Source of the DNA: Thermoprotei archaeon
GTDB taxonomy: Archaea; Thermoproteota; Thermoprotei_A; Sulfolobales; Desulfurococcaceae
DNA length: 49,404 bases
Direction: 5' to 3'
NCBI GenBank assembly: GCA_003661825.1
Contig: QMWW01000001.1
Coordinates: 1-49,404, forward strand
A program made the translations under genes and the position numbers. Position 1 is the first letter of the stretch; every line of letters begins with the position of its first letter. The notes beneath the pieces are model-generated. The model saw nothing but the letters and a program-made list of their open reading frames with translations, searched no databases and was not told the DNA's origin. Below, piece by piece: positions 25,001 through 34,935 of the stretch.

Positions 25001-26149
25001 TTGATACCTAAGCCTCATGGAGGTAAGCTAGTTAACCGTGTAGTCACTGGTGAGAAAAGGGATCGCTTGGTCTTAGAGGCGGAAGAGCTACCAGTACTTA
25101 GTATTAGCTATGAGAGAGCAGTTGATGTAGTAGATATTGCTCATGGTGTCTTCAGCCCACTTGAAGGCTTTATGGTACAAAGCGATTATCTAAGCGTACT
25201 ACACGATATGAGGCTTTCAAACGATCTTCCCTGGACTATTCCAGTGGTGCTAGATGTCGATCCAGACGAGATAAGCGGCATTAAGGAGGGAGACTACGTA
25301 GCTCTAAAGCATGGTGAAACCATCGTAGCCGTTGTGAGGATCGACGAGATCTACGGATGGGATAAGCGGGAGTACGCTGAACACATATATAAAACCCTTG
25401 ATCTCCGTCATCCAGGAGTAGCTAAGACTATGAAGAGAAAAGAGCTACTAGTAGGAGGCTTAGTAGACCTTTTGAACGAGATAGAGTATCCTGTAAAGCA
25501 CAGAGTGCTATGGCCTATTGAAACCCGTGTTCTCTTCAGGGAGAAGAAGTGGGAGCGTATAGTTGCTTTTCAGACGCGCAATGTCCCCCACTTAGGGCAT
25601 GAGTACGTTCAGAAAGCAGCGCTTACGTTCGCCGACGGCTTGCTGATCCACCCATTGATAGGTTGGAAGAAGCCTGGAGACTACCGCGACGAGGTAATAT
25701 TCATGGCTTACGAAGCACTTATAAAACACTACTATCCCCGAGACACAGTAGTCCTTGCCGGGCTCCTCATGAACATGCACTATGCTGGACCGCGCGAAGC
25801 CGTACATCACGCTATAGTGAGGAAGAACTTCGGCTGTACGCACATCATTATTGGTAGAGACCATGCAGGTGTAGGAAATTACTATGCCCCCTATGAGGCA
25901 TGGACTATATTCAACGAGTTCCCGGATCTCGGTATAACTCCGCTGTTCATAAGAGAAGCTTTCTACTGCAAGAAATGCGGCGGTATGGTGAACGAGAAAG
26001 TATGTCCCCACGGGGAAGAACACCGTATAAGGATAAGCGGTACAGCTATAAGGGATATGCTTAGACGCGGAAAAACACCGCCCGAGTACGTGATGAGGCC
26101 GGAAGTAGCGAGAGCCGTTATAGAGGCTGGGAACCCGTTTATAGAGTAG
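25001..26149 (+). CDS. sat: Sulfate adenylyltransferase; mirror copy of 23256..24404
   Basis: Exact mirror with identical translation. Confidence 0.93.
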   Translation: MIPKPHGGKLVNRVVTGEKRDRLVLEAEELPVLSISYERAVDVVDIAHGVFSPLEGFMVQSDYLSVLHDMRLSNDLPWTIPVVLDVDPDEISGIKEGDYVALKHGETIVAVVRIDEIYGWDKREYAEHIYKTLDLRHPGVAKTMKRKELLVGGLVDLLNEIEYPVKHRVLWPIETRVLFREKKWERIVAFQTRNVPHLGHEYVQKAALTFADGLLIHPLIGWKKPGDYRDEVIFMAYEALIKHYYPRDTVVLAGLLMNMHYAGPREAVHHAIVRKNFGCTHIIIGRDHAGVGNYYAPYEAWTIFNEFPDLGITPLFIREAFYCKKCGGMVNEKVCPHGEEHRIRISGTAIRDMLRRGKTPPEYVMRPEVARAVIEAGNPFIE

Positions 26150-26225
26150 CTGTTCTCTCTAAAGGCAACATTAATTAGCTTAGTCTAGGCTAGACAATAG
26201 CCTAGTACTAGTCATACGCGGGGGT

Positions 26226-26453
26226 ATGGCCTTGGCGTCGGAGGATAAGGTCAGGGTAGAAGTACTGTTGCCAAAAGAGCTCTACGAAAAAGCTGTTGAG
26301 AGGGGGCGAGAAGCTGGTTTTAACAGCTTCAACGAGTTCTTAACTTTTCTGCTAGAACAGATAGTGGAGGAAGAAGAAACTGAGGCATCTCTATCGCCAG
26401 AAGATGAAGAGAGGATAAAGGAGAGGCTCCGATCTCTAGGGTACATAGACTAG
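26226..26453 (+). CDS. RHH (CopG-type) protein; mirror copy of 22952..23179
   Basis: Exact mirror with identical translation. Confidence 0.65.
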   Translation: MALASEDKVRVEVLLPKELYEKAVERGREAGFNSFNEFLTFLLEQIVEEEETEASLSPEDEERIKERLRSLGYID

Positions 26454-26515
26454 CCGGGAAAGAACAGTTTTTCTATAGCTTAATTAGCTTCTCTTGCCTA
26501 TGTTAAACCTATGGA

Positions 26516-26716
26516 GTGGAGCAGGCTAGGCTGGGGGTTGCTGTGGCTCTACTACGCTGTCCGCGGTGCGGCTTTAGATTCGACATATCGTATTCGCGTG
26601 CTATGTCCTGTGGGGGATGTCCATATGTAACGTTCGGTAACTGTAAGTACGTGAAGTGTCCCCGCTGCGGCTACGAAGACTACTACGAGAAATTTGCCGG
26701 AATCCCCGAAGTGTAG
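26516..26716 (+). CDS. Small zinc-ribbon protein; mirror copy of 22689..22889
   Basis: Exact mirror with identical translation. Confidence 0.55.
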   Translation: MEQARLGVAVALLRCPRCGFRFDISYSRAMSCGGCPYVTFGNCKYVKCPRCGYEDYYEKFAGIPEV

Positions 26717-26812
26717 CCCTAAAGCGTTTGAACCTGATGCTATCTGCTGTTAGGCTCTTCTAACAAAACGGTTATTAGTAGTCGTTATAACAATGTTATA
26801 GAAGGGATTGCC

Positions 26813-28006
26813 ATGCAATTAGCTGAGGCAGATACCGTTAAGTGCGAGCCAGAGCCGTTGAATAAAGCCTTAGCTATGCTTCGTCCTCTTCTATCCAAGT
26901 GGAGGACAAAGCCTGTTCTAGTAAACGATAAGATGGAGGCTATAGGGAATAGTAGCGTGTGCTATGCTCTCAAAGTACTCGGTACAAAGTATATCCCTGT
27001 ATCCAGGGATGAGAGCGAGCGAGAAGTACCGCTAGATCTCCTAGACCCGTACTGGGAGTTCAGGGAAAATACTAGTAGAGCGAGAGTTTTCGATAACGTG
27101 GTAAAACTGCTCTATGGGAACTGGCCTACACCAATCGTTAAGCTAAAGTCGCTGTCAAACAAGAGCACAACTGTATGGGCTAAGCTAGAGTGGTATAATC
27201 CATTCAGCCTAAGCGTTAAGGATAGAATAGCGTGGTACATGCTTGTAAAAGCCTTCGAAGAATACGGTGAAAAACTCAGAGTAGTATACGAAGCTACATC
27301 GACAAATACAGGCTTAGCTCTAGCCGGCTTAGCCAACTACTACGGTATAAAGACCAAGCTCTACCTACCACGCACTGCGCAGAAGTGCGTTGACTACTTG
27401 TTTAAAGCATTGGGGGCCAGCGTAGTACGCAAACAAGCATCTATTACAACCGAGGTGATCGACGAGGTCAAGGAAGAAGCGCTACGCGACAACGCTGTCA
27501 ACCTAAACCAGTTCGAGAACGACTACAACTTCTACGTACACTTTAGGTATACCGCGAAAGAGATAGACTATCAGTCAAGAATGGCGGGATTCACGCCAGA
27601 TGCCATTGTGGGTGGAATAGGTACTTCGGGGCATCTATCGGCTATATCATTCTACTTCAAGAGCAAGTACGGTGATAGCGTCAAGATATTCGCCGTAGAA
27701 CCGAAGCAAGGAGCATCCATACCCGGGATCCGCAGAGTAGAGACAGGGATGAAGTGGATCCACCACGTAGCGGTTGATAAAGTGCTAGAGGTATCGCTAG
27801 AAGAAGCGGTTCAAGGCGTACTACGCGTAGCTGGAGAAGACGGGTTACTGATAGGTTTGAGCGCTGGTGCTGTAGCCTACACTACCCATAAACTAGTATC
27901 TGAAGGCGCGATAGAAGGCGACGTAGTAGTGGTGTTCCCAGACCACGGGACGAAGTACATGGAGATGCTTGAAGGAGTGCTAAGCGAGGAGAGCAGAGAG
28001 CAGTAG
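26813..28006 (+). CDS. Cysteine synthase / O-phosphoserine sulfhydrylase family enzyme; mirror copy of 21399..22592
   Basis: Exact mirror with identical translation. Confidence 0.85.
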   Translation: MQLAEADTVKCEPEPLNKALAMLRPLLSKWRTKPVLVNDKMEAIGNSSVCYALKVLGTKYIPVSRDESEREVPLDLLDPYWEFRENTSRARVFDNVVKLLYGNWPTPIVKLKSLSNKSTTVWAKLEWYNPFSLSVKDRIAWYMLVKAFEEYGEKLRVVYEATSTNTGLALAGLANYYGIKTKLYLPRTAQKCVDYLFKALGASVVRKQASITTEVIDEVKEEALRDNAVNLNQFENDYNFYVHFRYTAKEIDYQSRMAGFTPDAIVGGIGTSGHLSAISFYFKSKYGDSVKIFAVEPKQGASIPGIRRVETGMKWIHHVAVDKVLEVSLEEAVQGVLRVAGEDGLLIGLSAGAVAYTTHKLVSEGAIEGDVVVVFPDHGTKYMEMLEGVLSEESREQ

Positions 28007-28030
28007 ATCTCGATAGTGTACCGCTACTTC

Positions 28031-29422
28031 CTATGTAGCGCTTTTCAACTGCTTAATCATCCCTACGGCTTCAGCAAAGCATGCATTAAATACATCGGTT
28101 GGTATCTCTCTAGGCTCTTCTCCTCTAACCCATACATAGACTGTTCTAGCATAGCTCCACGCAAGCCTTCTAACAACTCTTACGTTCACCACCACATCGG
28201 CAAGCCTAGATAGCACTCTATGTATTCGTGCATCTATCCTCGAGGCCACGGCTATTAGGCTCTTACCCAGCTTCTTCGCGTAGTTCACAGTATTATAGTA
28301 GGTTGGAACAAAGTCTTCCCCGAGAGCTAACGCGTAGAGATCGGCTGCATGGATCACTATAATACCCGTGTCTTCTCTCTCAACGAGCCTAGCTAAACCA
28401 ACATACAGCTCTGGCGCTGTGCGTGCGAACGGGTTTGTACTATGGAACGCCGCATATTCCTCCAGAACCTCCTCGGCTACGTCCCCATCTACCCCTAGCT
28501 TGCACAGATTTCTCTTTATGTCTTCCCGCATAGAGCTAGGCGAAACTCGGTAGCTAATATAGTGTACTTTAGTGTTGTTAGCTATAGCTAGGAACAAAGC
28601 AAGGATTAGAGGCTCTATACCACGTGCTTCGGGCGGATAAGATACATAGACTACTCTACCCCTACCTAAACCGCCTTTTAGCCCGGGTACAGACTCTGCC
28701 AGACTCTTGCACGGCAGACTAAGCTCTTCCAGCTCTGCAGGTATATCCGGTATAATCGGTGGAAGATATACCTGTAGACCCCGTCCCTCGACTAGGGTAA
28801 ACGGGATCTCTGCTAACAGTAGTGCAGAGCTACGTGCTTTCTTAAGCTCTAGCGTTCTAACAACTAGTCCTCTCTCAACCCTGTGCTTGAGCACTATGAT
28901 CACATCAGCTATGAACTCTATCTTACTAGGCTCTATGCCTTTGCTCCATGGTGGAGTTTCAGCTACTAGTACTGTTAATCCCTTTACGGTACTAGAGAGC
29001 TCGTAGAAGAAGTTCTGAAGCCATCCACGCTGGCTCTTCTCGTCTATTACTTCCAGCACTGCGGTTACAGGATCTATTACTAATATCTTAGGCTTATACT
29101 CGGATACAAGCCGGATAATCCATTCAGCTAAGTCCGTAATAGAACGCGTTATCGGTAACTTTACGAACTTATAGATGCCTTTTTCCTCAGCTCTCTCTAG
29201 ATCTACTCCTAGCTTCCTCATCCTACCATATACCTTATCTCTATCTTCCTGTAGCCCTATGTAGAGACACCTATTGCCGTTAACCGCGTTCTTAAAGCAT
29301 ATTATCGAGGCCAGCGTGGTCTTACCGGATCCTGGATGACCCGCTATGACTATAGTTGTCTTCTCCTCCAAAGCCTCTCCATATAACTTGTCTAAATCGG
29401 GTACTCCAAAAGAGAACAGCAT
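28031..29422 (-). CDS. KaiC-like ATPase; mirror copy of 19983..21374
   Basis: Exact mirror with identical translation. Confidence 0.75.
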   Translation of the reverse strand: MLFSFGVPDLDKLYGEALEEKTTIVIAGHPGSGKTTLASIICFKNAVNGNRCLYIGLQEDRDKVYGRMRKLGVDLERAEEKGIYKFVKLPITRSITDLAEWIIRLVSEYKPKILVIDPVTAVLEVIDEKSQRGWLQNFFYELSSTVKGLTVLVAETPPWSKGIEPSKIEFIADVIIVLKHRVERGLVVRTLELKKARSSALLLAEIPFTLVEGRGLQVYLPPIIPDIPAELEELSLPCKSLAESVPGLKGGLGRGRVVYVSYPPEARGIEPLILALFLAIANNTKVHYISYRVSPSSMREDIKRNLCKLGVDGDVAEEVLEEYAAFHSTNPFARTAPELYVGLARLVEREDTGIIVIHAADLYALALGEDFVPTYYNTVNYAKKLGKSLIAVASRIDARIHRVLSRLADVVVNVRVVRRLAWSYARTVYVWVRGEEPREIPTDVFNACFAEAVGMIKQLKSAT

Positions 29423-29666
29423 TGCAAGGCCCCTCGTTTAGCAGAGTGGAGTCCAAAAAGTAGTGTACATCGTATTGGTGCAGACATACTAGGACCTTGC
29501 TACTCGGTCAAGCTATCAGAATAATTGATCTAGTATAAAAGCATTATGATTAACACTATAATAAAACGTGTTCACTAGATGGAGTGCTTGATAAGCCGTG
29601 AGTACGGATAAGATAAATAAGAGGTAAAGCTTTTAATCGTGGATAATGGCTCATTAAGTAGTATGT

Positions 29667-30842
29667 GTGAGGGCTTTGGGCCAAGTACTGAGAATGACCT
29701 ACCACCTCCTGCTCTTAGCATCCCTGTTCTTAGGATTTACGGCTTGGCTCATCGTAAGCGCTACGGATAGCAATACGTCATACTTCTACATGTTCGGTGC
29801 AGATGCTTGTCCACACTGTAGAGCTATGAAGGAGTTCCTCATAGAATCCTTCGGTGAACAAAGATTCTTCGCATGCGAGATATACAAGGACCATACTTGT
29901 AGCGAGAAGTACAGCGAGCTGGTCCGTCTAGGAGTTCCTGGGTACATCCCAGCGATATTTGTCGTGTACAATGGTACTGTATCAGCTCTAGTTATAGGAG
30001 AGTACGAGAACGCTAGCTTCTTCGAGCAGCTAATGAAGACTAACAGCGAGAACAGGATCCCCATATACTTGGTGTCGCCTAGTGGTACTACGCTGGCTGG
30101 ATACATAGAGCTAGGTAATAAAACCCATAGAGAGTTCATCGAATACTATCTGCGCCGCGGGTGCGAAACGGAGCCCGAGAAGCCGGAACTCGAAGTCTCG
30201 ATACTAAACGTTATGCCGGCTGCACTAGTGCTAGGACTCCTAGACTCTGTAAACCCCTGCACACTAATGCTATACTTCGCCTTTCTAGCTACGTGTTTAA
30301 GCAGTACTAAGAGGCTGTATGGACCCCCTGTACTGTTTATCATGGTAATATATGTAGGCTATCTCGCTCTCGCTATGGGGCTACTAGTAGTTGCAGCGTA
30401 TATACCGAGGATAGTGTTCATAGCTCTAGCTCTAGCTATAGGTATATACACGATCGTTAGGTCGGGTAGGGAGAGAATGCCTTCTCTAAAGTGCGAGTGG
30501 TGCGAGAGGTTAGGGTTCTTGAACAAGCTCATGGGTAATAAGTACTTTGTAGCCTTAGTACTATCCAGCATATCAGTTATATTCCTCCTCCCATGTACCT
30601 CCGGCCCCCTCGTACTATTCATAGCTTTCCTCAAAGACTTCCCAGAGTTCATAGCGATCCCGGCTATCATGCTATACAACGTAGTGTTTGTAACGCCCCT
30701 AATTCTGCTGTTCGTGCTAGTAGCGGTTATGGGGCGCGAGAAGAGGATAGCTAACTGGCTTAGAAACAACGCTAACGCGATAGAATTCCTAGTAGGAGTA
30801 GCTCTCATCATAATAGCCCTTGTTCTCGCTTACTTGGCTTAA
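29667..30842 (+). CDS. Thioredoxin-DsbD/CcdA fusion; mirror copy of 18563..19738
   Basis: Exact mirror with identical translation. Confidence 0.8.
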   Translation: MRALGQVLRMTYHLLLLASLFLGFTAWLIVSATDSNTSYFYMFGADACPHCRAMKEFLIESFGEQRFFACEIYKDHTCSEKYSELVRLGVPGYIPAIFVVYNGTVSALVIGEYENASFFEQLMKTNSENRIPIYLVSPSGTTLAGYIELGNKTHREFIEYYLRRGCETEPEKPELEVSILNVMPAALVLGLLDSVNPCTLMLYFAFLATCLSSTKRLYGPPVLFIMVIYVGYLALAMGLLVVAAYIPRIVFIALALAIGIYTIVRSGRERMPSLKCEWCERLGFLNKLMGNKYFVALVLSSISVIFLLPCTSGPLVLFIAFLKDFPEFIAIPAIMLYNVVFVTPLILLFVLVAVMGREKRIANWLRNNANAIEFLVGVALIIIALVLAYLA

Positions 30843-31349
30843 GCCCTTCTACAGCTAGTGTTTCCGTGCTCTGCTCCCCGAGTACTAGCTCGAACGCGTA
30901 GAGCAGAATAGCTATTGCAGTCCAGGAAAGCGCGCCGAGCGCTCCAAGACCAGCTAGTACTTCTCTAAGCCTAGGCTTTAGAGGGGCCGATGTAGCGGTG
31001 AGAGACTACAAAGCGTTTAGGGCTTTTGAAACGATACAGCCAGTAGCGCGGATGACGCGCTATCAACTAGTATCACCATGACGGCGCTTACGGGGTCAGG
31101 AGGAGCGTATAGAACGTTATTCCCAAAGTCCCGATTGTGGGGTAATTGTATCCTAGGAAGACGGTTGTCGAGAAGTGCCAGAAGCCCCGCACACCGTAGT
31201 AGGAAACGGGGGCTTCCACCGAGTAGATTGTAGGGAAAACACCTCCATACTATCTCTTCACCTAGCGCGCACGAGGCGCTAATAGTTACTGCAGAGACTA
31301 GCCTAGTACTAGCTGGATCACCAGTACAGCTGATAACGCGCTATGGGGT

Positions 31350-32066
31350 ATGTGTTGTCTAGATACTTGGAGGGCATTTGCTAGAGCTTTGATATAGAAT
31401 AACCTGGTTGTCAATACGGATAACACGTAGATACCCATAGAGCAACGTAGAAGACTAGAGGGGCTAGAGAGAAGAACGCTATACCCTGGCCTCCCTCTAA
31501 AGCAATCGCGTATAGACCATTTTAGCTCAAGCCTTACGTATCTAAACGCCGCTGCAGAGGCTACTGCTGGGCTATGTATTCTAGCTAGTCCCCACAACAG
31601 TTTTACAGAAGTACCCAGTATAGTTCTTCGTACTGTAAACTAGGTACAGTACAACATCTACTACTAGAGCTAAACCATAGGATAACAGGATGAACATATG
31701 TAGAGACATAGCTTTGACGCTGGAAAGGCTCGTTCCACAGCTATCAGCAAAGGGTGGGTTCTTCACCTATCAGTCCCCGCTGACTCATCACTAGCTTAGG
31801 CCAGGACCAAGTGTTAAGTCGTTGTTGATTATGATAAGTAGAGTAATGAGTGCTTTAAGCGTTACCTATTAATTCCATAGTAGTAGAAGGCTTTGGAACT
31901 CTACGATAGTCTACGCTTATTAGCTTTGAGCCTGTTGCCGAGTAGTGCTGATCTAGCTTTGGACTTCAACCTAGGAGTACTGGATCTATCTAGAGAAGTC
32001 TGTAAAGCTAGGAAGCCGCGCTGTGAAGTATGCGTTCTAAACAGCATTTGTATGAAGTGCTTCTAG
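31350..32066 (+). pseudogene. nth: Decayed endonuclease III / HhH-GPD gene; mirror copy of 17339..18055
   Basis: I translated this frame manually. It contains 13 in-frame stops and ends ...SREVCKARKPRCEVCVLNSICMKCF followed by TAG at 32064..32066. Confidence 0.6.
31740..31795 (-). ncRNA. Candidate C/D-box sRNA; mirror copy of 17610..17665
   Basis: Exact mirror of the left-arm candidate. Confidence 0.55.
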
Positions 32067-32118
32067 TAGGGGTTCATATAGCTCTAAAGTACCTGGAGAC
32101 CGCGTATGGCTGGCTGTG

Positions 32119-33726
32119 CTAGGGATAACTAATAGTGCTTAGTAGGCTCTGGCATAGACCGTATATTCTCTCAATATATACAGTGCTGTCAAGTACTAGT
32201 GTCGAAGCCGTATATGTAAGGTAGTCTATTACCCACTGATTAGCTATTCCGAGCAAGAGTATTACGGTTGAAAGAGTCGTAAGCGTTATAGTCACTATTA
32301 TTGATAAGTGCTCTTTCCCAACGATCTCGGGTTTAGAAACATATACTGTGTGCTCCATTACCCTGATGTACCCATACGCCGATATAACCGAGCCCGCTAT
32401 AACTACTAGTGCGTATGCTAGGTTATCAGCATCTATAAATGCTTTAAATAGGTAGAACTTGCCGAAGAACCCGCTGGTTGGTGGAACCCCTATCAAGTGT
32501 AAGAGAGCGAAAGCGAGTACGCTACCTACTATTGGCTGGGCTCTCCCCGCTCCTTCTAGAGCATATATGTTCCTAGTCCTATACCTTCTCACCATATACC
32601 CTATACACAGGAATGCGAGCGCTTTTCCTACAGCATGGTTTAGAATGTGGTATAGCGAGGCGGCTATACCTAGAGCCGTACCCTGGCTTAACCCCATTAA
32701 GATGTAGCCATTGTTAAGTATAGTGCTGTACGCTAAGATCCTCTTAACGTCGTCCTCTACCCCGATCATAATCGCTCCATAGAAAACGCTCACTATACCG
32801 AGGAAGCCGATAACGGGGAGTAGCGTGGAGAGAAAACCTGCTAATACGCTTTCTGCGAGGACAGTATAGGCTATCCTTGCTAGTACGTAGAACCCCATCG
32901 CAGTAGTTAAACCCGACAACACCGCCGACACAGGTACTGGGGCTTCGCTGTGTGCATCCGGTAGCCAGAAGTGGTTTGGAAAGATAGCCGATATGAATAG
33001 AGCTGTCCATAGGATCATTGCAATAGCTATTATAACTAGGCTCGTGTCAGCGTAGAGGTTTTTATTGAAAAACCCCATCTGATCGGGGGGAGACCATGCT
33101 ACGGATAGCTTAGCTCCGAGTACGCCGATATTGACAGCGCCGGTGGCGGTATAGATTAGGAGTACGCCTAGTAGGAGGAAAGTGGTCATAAGGCCTCCAG
33201 CCACAGCGTATCTAGCTGCAGCTACTAGCGCTTTAGCCCTGTAGTGGTAGAACGATACGAGGCTATACCCAGTTATACCCACTAGCTCTAGTGAGACAAA
33301 TAAGTTGAATAGATCAACCGTATAGTATACTGCTAGTAATCCGCTTAAGTGAAGCAGTAGCAGAACATAAAGTAGGGCGGTGTGCTTTACGTGCCTCGAG
33401 TACCAGACAGCATATACTGCTACAGCGGTGAAAACAGCGCTAGTTACTGCGGCGTAATAAGCGCTCAGCTCGTCGGCGTAGTAGCAGATCCCTAGTGGAG
33501 CACCCCATCCACCGAAGCAGTACCACGCAAAGCCTCCGTAGATAGTCTCGCTTAGTACTACTAGTGTAGACGCCGCGGTTAGGCTAGAGCCAACGAGAAG
33601 CACTAAATTATACAGGGTTCTATCCCTTAGCTTTAGAACATAGATCAGTAGTATAAGCGTTGCAGCAGCAACCGGTACTAGAGGAGTAAAGCCTAGTACC
33701 TGTGATAATCCATGCAAACTCTTCAT
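32119..33726 (-). CDS. mrpD: MnhD/MrpD antiporter subunit; mirror copy of 15679..17286
   Basis: Exact mirror with identical translation. Confidence 0.85.
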   Translation of the reverse strand: MKSLHGLSQVLGFTPLVPVAAATLILLIYVLKLRDRTLYNLVLLVGSSLTAASTLVVLSETIYGGFAWYCFGGWGAPLGICYYADELSAYYAAVTSAVFTAVAVYAVWYSRHVKHTALLYVLLLLHLSGLLAVYYTVDLFNLFVSLELVGITGYSLVSFYHYRAKALVAAARYAVAGGLMTTFLLLGVLLIYTATGAVNIGVLGAKLSVAWSPPDQMGFFNKNLYADTSLVIIAIAMILWTALFISAIFPNHFWLPDAHSEAPVPVSAVLSGLTTAMGFYVLARIAYTVLAESVLAGFLSTLLPVIGFLGIVSVFYGAIMIGVEDDVKRILAYSTILNNGYILMGLSQGTALGIAASLYHILNHAVGKALAFLCIGYMVRRYRTRNIYALEGAGRAQPIVGSVLAFALLHLIGVPPTSGFFGKFYLFKAFIDADNLAYALVVIAGSVISAYGYIRVMEHTVYVSKPEIVGKEHLSIIVTITLTTLSTVILLLGIANQWVIDYLTYTASTLVLDSTVYIERIYGLCQSLLSTISYP

Positions 33727-34115
33727 TCCTCCAGCTGCTCTATTTCCTCAGACGCTATCTCGAGTTTTAGCAACTCATGTAGATCGGTTGAATTCGCAAC
33801 CTCGTACATCCTGAGGGTAATTGTAGCTAAGAACACGGTAAACGCTAGGGCTATCACGATCGCCGTTAAGACAAATGCTTGGACAACGGGGTCGACTCCT
33901 CTACCAGCTCCGTAGCCGGAGGCGTAGAGTGGTGGGTGGGGAGACGTAGCTGTAAACCCCATGTAGACAGCTAAAAGGCATACGGTGTCGCTTAGAATCC
34001 CTAGTGAGATGATCTTCTTCACCATACTGGGCTTCTTAACGATGCCGTAGACCGCTATAGCTATGTTAACGATCATCGACACAGCTATGATGTTTAACGC
34101 TATGAGCGTGTTCAA
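33723..34115 (-). CDS. mrpC: MnhC/MrpC antiporter subunit; mirror copy of 15290..15682
   Basis: Exact mirror with identical translation. Confidence 0.75.
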   Translation of the reverse strand: MNTLIALNIIAVSMIVNIAIAVYGIVKKPSMVKKIISLGILSDTVCLLAVYMGFTATSPHPPLYASGYGAGRGVDPVVQAFVLTAIVIALAFTVFLATITLRMYEVANSTDLHELLKLEIASEEIEQLEE

Positions 34116-34915
34116 ATAACCCTCTCCCTATACCCTCCTATGATCACGACTAGTAGTAGTACTATGAGGCCGCACGCGATAACAATGTACTCTATTAAGT
34201 CGTACACTAGGATCGACCCCGATACCCAGTGCTCTCCATCCCAGAATAGGAATCCGTGGAGAGAGCCGGGCTTTGCTTGGTTCTGCAGAATATAGCCTGG
34301 AGCCCTGGTGAAGAAGCCTACTATAGCCCACTTACTGGACGCGATGAGGAGTAGGAGAGTAGCTAAGCCGAGTAGGCACAGTATTAGCTCGTGCTTTATA
34401 AACCTACCTACTAGAGACTTTAGAGAGTATATCGTGGTAGCCGCTATAACGACTGCTGCTAGAAGAGCTCCTCCCTGGAACCCCCCACCCGGCGTTATAT
34501 GGCCTCTTGCTACTAGTGAAGCGCTTACAGCGGTAGCCATCACGATCTGGATCTTAGCCGTGCTCTGGAGGATAACAGATAGTCTGTGCCTACTGAGCTC
34601 GGCTTCACCTAGGTACTCGTGGTATAGGTTTAGAGCAAATATTGTGGCCGCTATGAACACTATGGTTTCGTATAGAGTGTCTAATCCCCTAAAGTCCCAT
34701 ACAACAGCTGATACATATGCTGGAGCAAACGCTGAATAGGGATTATCCGGGTTATAGGCTAGCTCTTCAACCAGTTCTTTGAGTAAGCGCTTACTAGCTG
34801 TAAGCGGTATAGCTAGCTCCCCCATTAACCCTAACAAGGCCGAGAGAGCAGTAATACCGGCTACTATTAGCAGAGCTATGCCTAGCTCTCTACGTCTAGA
34901 CCTCAATAATACCAC
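34112..34915 (-). CDS. mrpB: MnhB/MrpB-domain subunit; mirror copy of 14490..15293
   Basis: Exact mirror with identical translation. Confidence 0.8.
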   Translation of the reverse strand: MVLLRSRRRELGIALLIVAGITALSALLGLMGELAIPLTASKRLLKELVEELAYNPDNPYSAFAPAYVSAVVWDFRGLDTLYETIVFIAATIFALNLYHEYLGEAELSRHRLSVILQSTAKIQIVMATAVSASLVARGHITPGGGFQGGALLAAVVIAATTIYSLKSLVGRFIKHELILCLLGLATLLLLIASSKWAIVGFFTRAPGYILQNQAKPGSLHGFLFWDGEHWVSGSILVYDLIEYIVIACGLIVLLLVVIIGGYRERVI

Positions 34916-34935
34916 CTAGGCGGGTTTGAGACCAG